Below, in pieces: positions 18,354-28,608 of a stretch of DNA of 64,000 nucleotides; position 1 is the stretch's first letter, and every line of letters starts with the position of its first letter. The stretch covers positions 4,107 to 68,106 of the forward strand of contig JAGATW010000028.1 of the NCBI GenBank assembly GCA_017621085.1, in the 5' to 3' direction. This DNA comes from Clostridia bacterium (lineage in GTDB: Bacteria > Bacillota > Clostridia > Oscillospirales > CAG-272). The notes under the pieces are model-generated. The model saw only the letters and a program-made list of their open reading frames with translations. It searched no databases and was not told the origin of the DNA. The translations under genes and the position numbers were made by a program.

Positions 18354-19166
18354 GTGATTATTTTGACGCAAATTAAAGATATAAAGCTGTTTTTGTTTGA
18401 TATGGACGGAACCTTGTACTTGGGTGATCGGCTTTTCGATTTCACCTGTGAGTTACTCGACACAATAAAGCTCAGCGGTGGAAAGTATATGTTTATGACT
18501 AACAATTCCTCTAAAAGCGTAGCTGATTACATAAAAAAGCTTGCCAAGCTCGGAATCAACTCCGACTATGATGATTTCATCACATCATCGCAAGCAACTG
18601 CCTACTATCTAAAAAAACACTATGATAATAAAATTTTATATGTATGCGGTACTGAGTCTCTTAAGGACGAATTAAGGAGCAACGGGTTTATAGTCACAGA
18701 TGATTTGGATAAGGTTGAGCTTATCGTTATGGGATTTGATACAGAGCTTACCTTTAAAAAGCTCCACGACGTATCCAAGCTTTTGCTTACCAGAAGGGAT
18801 ATTCCTTATATAGCTACCAATCCTGATTATGTTTGTCCTACTGAATTTGGAAGTGTTCCCGATTGCGGTAGTGTATGTGATATGCTTTTCAATGTATCAA
18901 AAAAACGGCCTGTGGTGATTGGTAAGCCCGAGCCTTTAATGCCACTTTTAGCTATGGAAAGATTCGGTTTCAAAAAAGAGGAAACTGCCGTTATCGGCGA
19001 TAGAATCTACACAGATATAAAAAGCGGTATCAGTGCCGGTGCGGTAACTATTCTGGTACTGAGCGGTGAAACAACCAAAGAAATACTGGATTCCTCCAAG
19101 GACAAGCCAGACTATGTACTTGAAAGTGCTGAAGAAATCTTGAACATCCTTAAAAAGCAAGATTAA
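18354..19166 (+). CDS. HAD-IIA (NagD-like) sugar phosphatase
   Basis: Motifs FDMDGTLY, MTNNSS and IGDRIYTDI. The start may be the TTG at 18363 rather than the GTG at 18354. Confidence 0.75.
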   Translation: MIILTQIKDIKLFLFDMDGTLYLGDRLFDFTCELLDTIKLSGGKYMFMTNNSSKSVADYIKKLAKLGINSDYDDFITSSQATAYYLKKHYDNKILYVCGTESLKDELRSNGFIVTDDLDKVELIVMGFDTELTFKKLHDVSKLLLTRRDIPYIATNPDYVCPTEFGSVPDCGSVCDMLFNVSKKRPVVIGKPEPLMPLLAMERFGFKKEETAVIGDRIYTDIKSGISAGAVTILVLSGETTKEILDSSKDKPDYVLESAEEILNILKKQD

Positions 19167-19178
19167 CTCAATAATATT

Positions 19179-19210
19179 AAACAGCAGGGCAAATATGCCC
19201 TGCTGTTTCT
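19179..19210. terminator. Bidirectional terminator
   Basis: AAACAGCAGGGC-aaatat-GCCCTGCTGTTT between convergent genes. Confidence 0.75.
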
Positions 19211-19232
19211 CTGTTGATTTATGCGTTTTACT

Positions 19233-21635
19233 TTAATATCTAAAAGGAATATCATACACTGAGATTATTGAAATATTCTTCAGTAGCTCGTCGGCTTCAA
19301 GACTTGTTTTTGCAAAAACCGTATACGGCTGAGCACTTGACAAATCAAAATAATTATCTTCAAGCTCTACATCGAAATTTTTGAAGGTTATTTGAACATT
19401 TTTTGCAAGCACATCAGACACAAATACAAGACATACACCGCCATCGGTTTTATTGACTGTAACCTGTATTTGAGGCTTAAGAAATTTGAAGTATTTCGGC
19501 TTTGTACCCAGCTCTACATTCCTTGCTATCAGCTTGCCATTTTCATCATACAGCTCAGCATAAAAATATGTGTCGTTATGCCCACTAAACTCGCTGTTTT
19601 GCATCGTCTCCACATCCAGAGATGTGAGCGGTTTTATCGACACGGGCTTGGACATTTCGTATATTTTGTCAAAATTATTCTTAGTTACTCCCACCTTTAT
19701 GAATCCGTGGAATTCACCCATTGTTTCGTTAGCTATATTTACAGAAACGCAATCGCTATCGTTGAATATACCAAGAGAAACCGGTTGGTAAAACTTTTTT
19801 GCAAAGAAATGAAGCGCCTTGTATCTACCGTAATAGTCGATGCTTGACCAGGATGCTACCGGCCACGGGTCATTCAGCTGCCAATAAATTGAACCCATTG
19901 TGTATCCACGGCATCTTCTGAAATGCTCAACTCCATATTTTATTGCCATTGCTTGATTTAATTGAGAAGCATATACGGTTGTTTCCAAATCCTTTGGCAT
20001 TTGGTATGCTTCAGCCAAATATCTGAGAAGCTTTACATTTCCATGCCAATGCTTTTGGTGACTCTCCATAGTATATGAAAGCAAGTTGCGTTCTTCCAGT
20101 GGACAAAATTCATCAATTGTTTTAATGGACGGCAGACTTTCAAAGCCATATTCTGAACAGAAGCGAGGCTTGTGCTTTCTGTATTCATCAAACTCACAAT
20201 TGCCATTCCACACATCCCAAAAATGAACATCTCCTCGCGTGTAATCCCGGGGGTCATCAAAGCTTCCGCCTGATGTTGGACTTGAGGGAGTGTTTGAAAT
20301 GTACGGTGCGTGCTGTTTGCACACAGATGGCAATATTTCCTCATATAATTTCAAATAGTCCTCACGGACCTGACTATCGTTGCCATCGACACCCTCCCAG
20401 AAGCATATTGCCTCTTCCATCTCGTTGTTTCCACAGAGTAATCCCAGTGAGGCATGATGCCTTATTCTCTTTACATTATATGTAGCCTCCAGGACAAATT
20501 CCTTTTCCATATCCTTGTTTAGCCAAATGTTAGCACAAGCTACCATAAAATCCTGCCAAACAATCAACCCGTATCTGTCACACAGCTCATAAAAGTAGTC
20601 ACAGGGATAGTATGCTCCTCCCCACACTCTGATACAGTTGAAATTGGCAAATACGCAATCCTGTATCAATCTTTCCAGTCGTTCATTAGTCTCACGGGAC
20701 AAAAGACTGTCTATCGGTACATAGTTTGCTCCCATGGCGAATATTTTCACGCCATTTACTACAAAGCAAAATTCTTGACCTTCTTCGTCTTTTTCCTGAC
20801 TCAGCTCCAATGTGCGTAATCCAATAGATTTTGTTATTCTATCTATCTCCACATTGTTATGATACAAAACAAAGGATATATCATATAGCTCTTGCTTACC
20901 GTACCCGTTTGGCCACCAAATTCTTGGATTGTCGATTAACACCTCTCCATTATTGTTTTGAAGCGCTACTGTTTTTCCATCTATCTCGCATCTTATTTCA
21001 GTATCAATAGAATTGTGCTTAGTTGATGCCGAAAGCTCGAGCTGTACTGTATTTTTCTTATGATGCTGAGCAATATAAACATCCTCCAGTTTGTCTATAT
21101 TGTAGCAGTGTACCTCTACCGGACGAAAAATCCCTATATTAGGTAGCTTTGGCGCCCAGTCCCAGCCCGACATATAAAACGCCTTCCTCAAATGCGATGC
21201 GCCCGGCAATGTATCACCATTCATATACAAGTGATGAACACTCTCCATTTTATCAAAATAATTTATAGGAGACTTGAATTCCAGCTTGATTTCATTTTTA
21301 TTTTTTGCTATGCTCTTGATATCATACTCATACATTCGGTGCATATTCATTACGCTGTCAAGAAGGATGCCGTTCAAATATATGTCGCAAATGGTGTCAA
21401 GTCCATAGAAGCTTATTTCAATTTTTTCACATTCAAGGTCTTCTTCTGTCAGAATAAATTCGGTATAAAATGTACAATCCATTTTCGATAAATTGCATAT
21501 TTTTTCCTCATTATTTCCGTAATATGGGTCTTCGATTATCCCATGATTATATAATACGCTGTACATATCGCAAGGCACAGAGCAGCTTAGCTCTGAATGC
21601 TTGTCAAAATTCATTTTCCAATCGTTTATTATCAT
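19233..21635 (-). CDS. GH2 beta-mannosidase
   Basis: Blocks MSGWDWAP, LIVWQDFMVACA and CSEYGFESLP. Start moved to the second ATG (MIINDWK) because GGAGG lies 5 nt upstream. No signal peptide. Confidence 0.8.
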   Translation of the reverse strand: MIINDWKMNFDKHSELSCSVPCDMYSVLYNHGIIEDPYYGNNEEKICNLSKMDCTFYTEFILTEEDLECEKIEISFYGLDTICDIYLNGILLDSVMNMHRMYEYDIKSIAKNKNEIKLEFKSPINYFDKMESVHHLYMNGDTLPGASHLRKAFYMSGWDWAPKLPNIGIFRPVEVHCYNIDKLEDVYIAQHHKKNTVQLELSASTKHNSIDTEIRCEIDGKTVALQNNNGEVLIDNPRIWWPNGYGKQELYDISFVLYHNNVEIDRITKSIGLRTLELSQEKDEEGQEFCFVVNGVKIFAMGANYVPIDSLLSRETNERLERLIQDCVFANFNCIRVWGGAYYPCDYFYELCDRYGLIVWQDFMVACANIWLNKDMEKEFVLEATYNVKRIRHHASLGLLCGNNEMEEAICFWEGVDGNDSQVREDYLKLYEEILPSVCKQHAPYISNTPSSPTSGGSFDDPRDYTRGDVHFWDVWNGNCEFDEYRKHKPRFCSEYGFESLPSIKTIDEFCPLEERNLLSYTMESHQKHWHGNVKLLRYLAEAYQMPKDLETTVYASQLNQAMAIKYGVEHFRRCRGYTMGSIYWQLNDPWPVASWSSIDYYGRYKALHFFAKKFYQPVSLGIFNDSDCVSVNIANETMGEFHGFIKVGVTKNNFDKIYEMSKPVSIKPLTSLDVETMQNSEFSGHNDTYFYAELYDENGKLIARNVELGTKPKYFKFLKPQIQVTVNKTDGGVCLVFVSDVLAKNVQITFKNFDVELEDNYFDLSSAQPYTVFAKTSLEADELLKNISIISVYDIPFRY

Positions 21636-21705
21636 ATATGCCTCCATTTATATTATACATTAATATTATCATAGTTTTTCGTCTGTTGCAACATATTTTG
21701 CTAAT

Positions 21706-21736
21706 AAAAATGGCACTCGTTTTGAGTGCCATTTTT
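21706..21736 (-). terminator. Terminator after the DUF4091-like gene
   Basis: Stem AAAAATGGCACTC / GAGTGCCATTTTT. Confidence 0.7.
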
Positions 21737-21747
21737 ATTGTTTTATT

Positions 21748-23364
21748 TCAGTTTATAAGCGCTTGTTGAGCAAGCTTTCTTATTTTTTTGAGTGCTTTTA
21801 TACTGCGTGGGTAATCAGTAAATGTCTTTTTAAAGCCGTTGTCAAGGAGAAGCTTTTCGGCATTTGCCCTGCCTATTTTCTTCTCTAAGCATTTAAACAG
21901 CTTGTAATCCTGCAATCCGTCAAAAAAGTTCTCAAAACGAATAGAATCAAGAGCGCCATCCCTTCCCGGATAAACGCAGTAGCAGTCTCCGCTTTGCAAT
22001 CCTCCCCCTGCATCGGTAATCAAATAAGGGTCAACTGCTTCATCCGAAAGCACCGAATTATAGAAATTATATCCCCAATGCAAGAAGCCCTTTATATCAT
22101 TCAGATACATTTGCATTCCTAAAACTCTGATTCTCTCTCCCGGCATAGACATATATCTGTTAGATAAATACGAATGCGACTCACTGCAACAATAATAAGC
22201 CCATAAATCAGGAGTATTATTTTCAAGAAAGGTTTGTATGTGAGCAGTTGATGAGATTGCAACATCTACCAGCCCTTTCTTGTAAAACTCATAATCGCTA
22301 AGCGCATCCATTACAATTGCATCAGGAGCGTATTTCTTAAAGATATTCTTTGCCCCCATGTAGGAATCAAGGCATTGCTCGTATGGCTCGTCTGAAAGAT
22401 GGAAACGACAGCTTTGGTACAGCTGTTCTTCCTTTAACACCTCTATAAGCTTGGGCAAGAATGCTCCTAAAAAGGCTTCGTAATCTTCTCCTGTTGCATT
22501 GGTTTCCCAACCGAAAATTCTTTTTAGCCTTCCATTTACCCGTGCTACTATCTTCGGTGCGTGCTTAGCTCCCCATTGAGTAAACAAATGACTCATTTCA
22601 AAATATTTGATGCCAAGCTCTTTAACCTTTTTCATAAATGAAATGAGCCGATTGAAATCAAATGAATATCCGTTTTCTGTTTTTGTGACATCTACAAGCT
22701 GCACAGTCAGTCGTTCGCTTCCATGCCTTGTGTCCAGTGGTGGCGTAAACATAGGTACTAGGAGCATATTCATACCGTGTCTTGTCGCTGATTTAATGAA
22801 ATCATACATTATTCTATTGTATTTCGATGAAAACACCTTTAAATTATAATAATTAGCTAATGAATCATAGTGAAACCAGTTAGTGTAAATAAGGTCGCTT
22901 TCCCCCAAATAATAATCAAGAACTGTCACCTTATAATCGGTTTTTCCTAATACATATCCATTTTGCTCTAATGTTATCTCAATTGGATAAACACCCGGCT
23001 TCAAGTCTCCCTTCACTGTAAACCACAGGCTGTTATATGAGTCCTGTCTTGCCGTGGGCTTCCGTTTTTCGCATGAGCACAAAACATCGGGGCACAAAAA
23101 TGCCTTCTTGCTCAAATAATAATCATCGCCATCTCCCAAAACCGGAGTTGTACAGGAAACATATTCAACCTGTCTGAATGATATGTATTTTTTAATTGGA
23201 CTTTTTATCTTTACCTCTATTTCCTTTTGAAGCCAATCAATCTTATAGGCAACCTGAAATGACAGAGTTTCGTCTCTTGCCATTGTATTCTCTTTTTCAA
23301 GCATTCTAGGCTTTTTATCAACCAATACCTTTTCTTCAGCACAAATCGTATAAATTTCGTTCAT
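21748..23364 (-). CDS. DUF4091-like putative glycoside hydrolase (GH123-like; tentative)
   Basis: Long ORF with start moved to the ATG at 23364 (MNEIYTI), which follows GGAGGAG. The family call rests on my recollection of DUF4091-type sequence and on glycosidase context only. Confidence 0.45.
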   Translation of the reverse strand: MNEIYTICAEEKVLVDKKPRMLEKENTMARDETLSFQVAYKIDWLQKEIEVKIKSPIKKYISFRQVEYVSCTTPVLGDGDDYYLSKKAFLCPDVLCSCEKRKPTARQDSYNSLWFTVKGDLKPGVYPIEITLEQNGYVLGKTDYKVTVLDYYLGESDLIYTNWFHYDSLANYYNLKVFSSKYNRIMYDFIKSATRHGMNMLLVPMFTPPLDTRHGSERLTVQLVDVTKTENGYSFDFNRLISFMKKVKELGIKYFEMSHLFTQWGAKHAPKIVARVNGRLKRIFGWETNATGEDYEAFLGAFLPKLIEVLKEEQLYQSCRFHLSDEPYEQCLDSYMGAKNIFKKYAPDAIVMDALSDYEFYKKGLVDVAISSTAHIQTFLENNTPDLWAYYCCSESHSYLSNRYMSMPGERIRVLGMQMYLNDIKGFLHWGYNFYNSVLSDEAVDPYLITDAGGGLQSGDCYCVYPGRDGALDSIRFENFFDGLQDYKLFKCLEKKIGRANAEKLLLDNGFKKTFTDYPRSIKALKKIRKLAQQALIN

Positions 23365-23586
23365 TTCTTGCTCCTCCAAATGAAATTCCTTTATAGAAAG
23401 TATATCATAAATCAATGCACAATTCAATAAAAGCGCACAAGATTTCTCATTATATTAAAAAAGCAAGAAACGGATTTCACCCGTATCTCGCTCTTTATTA
23501 ACGTTTATTGATAATATTCAAGTAAGTAGCTTATGCTAGCTTCCAAGTGGTCCTTGATATAAGATAGATGCCTGCCTATATCTTTC

Positions 23587-24627
23587 TTATTTGATGCTAT
23601 TTCGTTTTGAATGGCGAACCAAGCCAGGAATCAATAGCACCAATGAAGTGGCTAAAATTGTTAGAAAAACTATACAGTGAATGTTATTTTCAAGTGTTAC
23701 ATCCACAGTCCAGTTTGAAAAATCTGCTTTAAAAATATTTGCGCCGTTGATTCCTTCCTGTACAGATGGATTTTGTACCTTTAAAAGCAGTGGCGGAATA
23801 TACATAAATACATCTACGAGAAGCAGTATTATACTTGTTTTGAAAAACCTATTTGTCTTGAAAAGCCGCACACTTATTATCAGATTCAAAGCCAAATATA
23901 TATATGCTACAATTGGTAGAGCAACGGTAATATACCACCAGCTACCACCTGTGTAAATATTGATAGCGATCAAAAGAATATTCAGCATTATAAAATCTAT
24001 ACCTATTGAAACAAAATCACCAAATCTTTTCACTTTTGAGAAAGCATCATACTTTGCTATATATATCGGTGTAAAGATAATTACCATCCCTAAAAGTACG
24101 GACAGAAACACAATCCAAAACCAATCTCCCTCGGTATAAATCGCACAGATGGCAAGTAAAATGCATAGTGCGAGAAAATTTGAAAGAGGTAAGAATATTA
24201 GCTTGTATCTCTTGATTATTCCCGGAAGATTTGTAAAGGTAAAAGCAAGTAAAAGGGATGATAAAACAATCCAAAACCAGCTTAGAGTGTGATTTATTGC
24301 AATATTGCAAATGAAGCACGGTATAAGTGCAACACCATATGATATATAGAAGAACAAGCTCCATGACAAGGAGAAGACTCTCCATTTTTTTGCCTGTACC
24401 TTTTCCTCTCTTGCATGATTATCTATGCTGGCTGTGATAAGCTCATGCTCAGTAACGCCCAACAGCTCAGAAATTTTGGGAAGAAGGGTGATATCAGGGT
24501 GAGCAATATCCTTTTCCCACTTGCTTACTGCAGATTCCGACACAAACAGCAGCTTTGACAATTCCTTCTGTGTCATACCCTTTTCCAGGCGCTTTTGCTT
24601 CAAAAAAGAACCGAAGCTATTCTCCAT
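23587..24627 (-). CDS. XRE-family HTH regulator fused to a polytopic membrane domain
   Basis: N-terminal HTH GMTQKELSKLLFVSESAVSKWEKDIAHPD, followed by roughly 8 hydrophobic helices. Confidence 0.8.
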   Translation of the reverse strand: MENSFGSFLKQKRLEKGMTQKELSKLLFVSESAVSKWEKDIAHPDITLLPKISELLGVTEHELITASIDNHAREEKVQAKKWRVFSLSWSLFFYISYGVALIPCFICNIAINHTLSWFWIVLSSLLLAFTFTNLPGIIKRYKLIFLPLSNFLALCILLAICAIYTEGDWFWIVFLSVLLGMVIIFTPIYIAKYDAFSKVKRFGDFVSIGIDFIMLNILLIAINIYTGGSWWYITVALPIVAYIYLALNLIISVRLFKTNRFFKTSIILLLVDVFMYIPPLLLKVQNPSVQEGINGANIFKADFSNWTVDVTLENNIHCIVFLTILATSLVLLIPGLVRHSKRNSIK

Positions 24628-24794
24628 AAATTCACCTCAACTATTTTCAGATGATGTAATTATAACACAATCTTTCTAGTGTTGCACCCTTTTTTGTGAA
24701 AATATGAGCTTGAAAATCTTTCAAGTTGGAAAAAACCGAAGGGAGTGTACAATTTTACAAGATTATTTAGTGAAAATATCTTGTACAGTAAATA

Positions 24795-24830
24795 GCAAAA
24801 AAGGGGCTGTTGCAGTAAGAAGGCCCCTTT
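24795..24830 (-). terminator. Orphan minus-strand terminator-like hairpin in an intergenic region
   Basis: Stem AAGGGGC / GCCCCTT with a T6 run on the minus strand. No minus-strand gene lies upstream of it. Confidence 0.4.
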
Positions 24831-24985
24831 GATGTATTTATAGAGGAAATTAGCATTACACGAATGCTTGCGCAAGCATTGCTTAGTGATTTATATGTAT
24901 TTTCATCAATACAATGGGTATTTACTTTTGTATGTTTTTATGATACAATAAATTTAACGAATTTTTATACATTGAGGTGGTATAT

Positions 24986-26212
24986 ATGATAATTGAAAAT
25001 CGTATTAAAAAATTTGAAAATTTAGGCTTTGGAATGTTTGTACATTTCGGTCTTTACAGCGTTCACGGAAAGGGCGAATGGGCTTACAATATAAATATTA
25101 CACCTAAGGACTATGAAAAGCTTTTTTATTTGTTCTCTCCTGATAAGGATTGGGCAAAAAACCTTGTTTCGGCAGCTAAAGGTGCAGGCTGTAAGTATAT
25201 CACAATAACGACAAGGCATCACGATGGCTTTTCTCTTTATGATACCTGTGGATTGAATGAATACGATGCACCTCACTCAGCGGCAGGCCGTGATTTGATT
25301 CGTGAGTTTGTTGATGAATGTAACAAGGAAGAAATTGTTCCGTTTTTCTATCACACGCTTCTTGACTGGCATGAAAAAAGCTACAAGGAGAATTTTCCAA
25401 AATATCTTGAATATTTGCGAGCAAGTGTAGAAATTCTGTGTAAAAACTATGGCAAAATAGGTGGCTTGTGGTTTGACGGAATGTGGGATAAAAAGGATGA
25501 AAACTGGGAAGAGGATGAGCTTTATTCTCTTATCAGAAAATATCAGCCCGACGCTATGATTATTAACAATACAGGACTTTCTGCTCGTGGCGAGCTTGGT
25601 CACATAGAGCTTGACTCAGTAACCTTTGAGCGAGGTCGTCCCCGTCCTATCAATTTAGACGACTCTCCGAAATATATAGCAAGTGAAATGTGTCAGATTT
25701 TCGGCAATTATTGGGGATATGCAAAAAGAGATTTCAACTTTAAATCCCTAATTGAAATAATTGAAGATTTCTGCATTTGCAGAAGATACGGCGCAAACTA
25801 TCTTCTTAATATCGGCCCTATGGGCAACGGTCAGCTTCGTCCACTTGACAAGGCAATGCTCGGTGCACTTGGCGAATGGGTTGATATTTACAAAGAGGCT
25901 CTTTATTTACCTCGCCCTGCTAAAATCGAAATTGAAAACAAGGAAAAGAACTTCCTTCTCAAAGGTAACGGTTGTTATTATTTCTTTGCCTATGATCTTG
26001 AGGTATCGGCAAATATCAATGTTGAGCTTGCAAAGGAAAAACTCGACCGCAACAATGTGTTTACCTTCAATGAAAAAATCAAGTCAATTAAGTGGCTTGA
26101 CAACGGTGAGGATGTAGTGTTCACTCAAGACGGAGAGAAGGTAACAATTATAAATGTTCCTCAGCTTTACGGTGAACACTATGTTGTAAGAATAGCAAAA
26201 ATTGAAATATAA
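24986..26212 (+). CDS. GH29 alpha-L-fucosidase
   Basis: Blocks FGMFVHFGLYSVHGKGEW, TTRHHDGFSLYDT and GGLWFDG. ATG at 24986 follows GAGGTGG. No signal peptide. Confidence 0.85.
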   Translation: MIIENRIKKFENLGFGMFVHFGLYSVHGKGEWAYNINITPKDYEKLFYLFSPDKDWAKNLVSAAKGAGCKYITITTRHHDGFSLYDTCGLNEYDAPHSAAGRDLIREFVDECNKEEIVPFFYHTLLDWHEKSYKENFPKYLEYLRASVEILCKNYGKIGGLWFDGMWDKKDENWEEDELYSLIRKYQPDAMIINNTGLSARGELGHIELDSVTFERGRPRPINLDDSPKYIASEMCQIFGNYWGYAKRDFNFKSLIEIIEDFCICRRYGANYLLNIGPMGNGQLRPLDKAMLGALGEWVDIYKEALYLPRPAKIEIENKEKNFLLKGNGCYYFFAYDLEVSANINVELAKEKLDRNNVFTFNEKIKSIKWLDNGEDVVFTQDGEKVTIINVPQLYGEHYVVRIAKIEI

Positions 26213-26220
26213 ATTAGGGT

Positions 26221-28377
26221 ATGATTATGGACATTAAAGAATTACTTGATAAAATGTCGTTAAAGGAAAAGCTATATCAGCTTGAGCAATTTGATTCAAA
26301 CGTGATTTTATACGATAAAAATATGCCTGTAACGGGACCGATTACAAAGCTTGAATTAGATGAGAAATACGTTTTTGAAACGGGCTCACTTGTAAACTCC
26401 TTTGGTGCAAAAAGAACAATAGAAATTCAAAAGAATTTTTTGGAGCATAGCAAGAATAAAATTCCCGTAGTCATTATGCAAGACGTTGTTCGAGGCTATA
26501 GAACGCTTTATCCTATAAATTTGGGACTTTCCTGCTCCTTTGATATGGAGCTTTGCGAAAAATGCGCAGCCATGGCAGCAAAGGAAGCGAGCATTGACGG
26601 TGTGCACATGACCCTTGCGCCTATGCTTGACGTTTCCCGTGATGCAAGATGGGGCAGAGTAATGGAAACAAGTGGAGAGGATACTTACTTAACTTGCGAA
26701 ATTGCCAAAGCAACTACAAGAGGATTTAAAGGCGACGGAAAAAGCTATGGTCTTGGTGTAGGCTGTAAGCATATGGCAGGATACGGAGCACCTGAAAGTG
26801 GCAAGGATTATAATCTTTCTGATATGAGCGAGGTAACCTTGAGGGAAACATATTTGCCACCATATAAGGCATCAATAGATGAGGGTGCTTTGCTGGTAAT
26901 GGCAGGACAGCAAACGCTAAACGGCATACCCTGTGTCTTAAATCCTCATCTTATGAAGGATATTTTAAGAGATGAGTGGGGCTTTGATGGCATTGTAATT
27001 TCCGACTATAACTGTCTGGCAAGCACTGTTGACCACGGATATTGCGAAAATCACAAGCAAGCAGTGGAGCTTGCAATGAAGACAGAAGTGAATATGGAAA
27101 TGGCGACATCTTGCATTGTTAAATACGGTGAGGAGCTGGTTAACGAGGGCAAGGTGACCATAGAGCAAATTGACAAGGCTGTTTTGCGCATCTTAAAGGT
27201 TAAAGAAAAATTAGGCTTGTTTGAAAATCCGTATCGCTATGCAAATCCCGAAGAAGCCGAAAAAATTCTCGGCTGTAAAGAACATAGAGAGCTTGCGCGT
27301 ATAGCAAGTGAGGAAAGTGCAGTGCTTCTTAAAAACAATGGCATTTTGCCTTTTGGCAAAGACGTAAAAAATGTTGCACTTATAGGTCCGCTTGCAAATG
27401 AGAAGCAAATTGTTGGCTCTTGGTGGTGTGCATACGATAAAGATGAAACCGTTACCGTATATGATGGTATTAAAAATTTACTTCCTAATGCAGAGATCAC
27501 GTATGCTCAAGGCTGTGATTTGGCTCTTGATGCTACCGACCTTTCAAAAATTGAAGAGGCAGTTACTCTTGCAATGAAAGCAGACGTGGTAATTCTTTGT
27601 GTTGGCGAGGATATGAGAGATAGTGGCGAATCTAAATCGAAAGCATTCTTGGAGCTGTCCTTTGCCCAAAAGGAGCTAATAAAAAGAGTTACAGAGGTCA
27701 ACAAAAATACCGCTATGGTGCTATTTACAGGAAGACCGCTTGTACTAACTGAGGAAAACCAAATAGCAAGCGCAATTTTAAATGTGTTCTTCCCTGGCAC
27801 AGAGGGAGGAAACGCAATTGCCAACCTCTTATTTGGAAACAGCGTACCATGTGGTAAGCTTACAATGTCCTTCCCCCATAATGTAGGACAGTGCCCTGTA
27901 TATTATAATCATTTCTATACTGGAAATTACCGTACTGATGACACAAAAAGACAGCTGTTCAAATCGTGCTATATTGATGGACCTAATAAGCCACTTTATC
28001 CCTTCGGCTATGGCTTGAGTTATACTGAATTTGAATATAGTGACCATAAAATCAGTAACAATACAATGACTGAAAACGGTAAAATAATAGCTTCGGTTAA
28101 GGTAAAAAATACAGGTAAATACAAGGCTAAGGAAATTGTGCAAATGTACATTCAAGACCTTTTTGGATCAGTTGTACGACCTGTAAAGGAGCTTCGTGGA
28201 TTTAAAAAAATAGAGCTTCTTCCAAATGAGGAAAAAACAGTTGAATTTGAAATCACCAAGGATACTCTTGCCTTTGTAGGCGCTGACTTGAAGCGAAAAG
28301 CAGAAAAGGGTAAATTCCGTATTTTTATTGGTAAGGATAGTGAAATTGCATCGTTTGGAGAATTTGAGTTAATATAA
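26221..28377 (+). CDS. GH3 beta-glucosidase-like hydrolase (BglX type)
   Basis: Blocks KHMAGYG and the nucleophile block WGFDGIVISDY, plus a C-terminal FnIII-like domain. The start could be 26227. No signal peptide. Confidence 0.85.
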   Translation: MIMDIKELLDKMSLKEKLYQLEQFDSNVILYDKNMPVTGPITKLELDEKYVFETGSLVNSFGAKRTIEIQKNFLEHSKNKIPVVIMQDVVRGYRTLYPINLGLSCSFDMELCEKCAAMAAKEASIDGVHMTLAPMLDVSRDARWGRVMETSGEDTYLTCEIAKATTRGFKGDGKSYGLGVGCKHMAGYGAPESGKDYNLSDMSEVTLRETYLPPYKASIDEGALLVMAGQQTLNGIPCVLNPHLMKDILRDEWGFDGIVISDYNCLASTVDHGYCENHKQAVELAMKTEVNMEMATSCIVKYGEELVNEGKVTIEQIDKAVLRILKVKEKLGLFENPYRYANPEEAEKILGCKEHRELARIASEESAVLLKNNGILPFGKDVKNVALIGPLANEKQIVGSWWCAYDKDETVTVYDGIKNLLPNAEITYAQGCDLALDATDLSKIEEAVTLAMKADVVILCVGEDMRDSGESKSKAFLELSFAQKELIKRVTEVNKNTAMVLFTGRPLVLTEENQIASAILNVFFPGTEGGNAIANLLFGNSVPCGKLTMSFPHNVGQCPVYYNHFYTGNYRTDDTKRQLFKSCYIDGPNKPLYPFGYGLSYTEFEYSDHKISNNTMTENGKIIASVKVKNTGKYKAKEIVQMYIQDLFGSVVRPVKELRGFKKIELLPNEEKTVEFEITKDTLAFVGADLKRKAEKGKFRIFIGKDSEIASFGEFELI

Positions 28378-28517
28378 GCAAAACGATGGCGAAAGTGGAG
28401 ACATAATAACGAAACCAGACTGAAAATGCCCTTAACGATTTGGTGTCAGCATTGAACAAGGTATCATATCAAATTATAGCATATGAATATACAATACAAG
28501 AAACGCCGAATAAAAAG

Positions 28518-28567
28518 AAACCTAACCCATATCAAACACTGTTAGGTGTTCAATATAGGTTAGGTTT
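28518..28567 (-). terminator. Terminator-like hairpin after the XRE gene at 28609..29367
   Basis: 10-bp arms AAACCTAACC / GGTTAGGTTT with an inner hairpin. On the minus strand it is followed by CTTTTTATT. Confidence 0.45.
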
Positions 28568-28608
28568 GGTGAGCCAAGGGTAATGTAAATCGAAAAATAT
28601 TTTATAGG

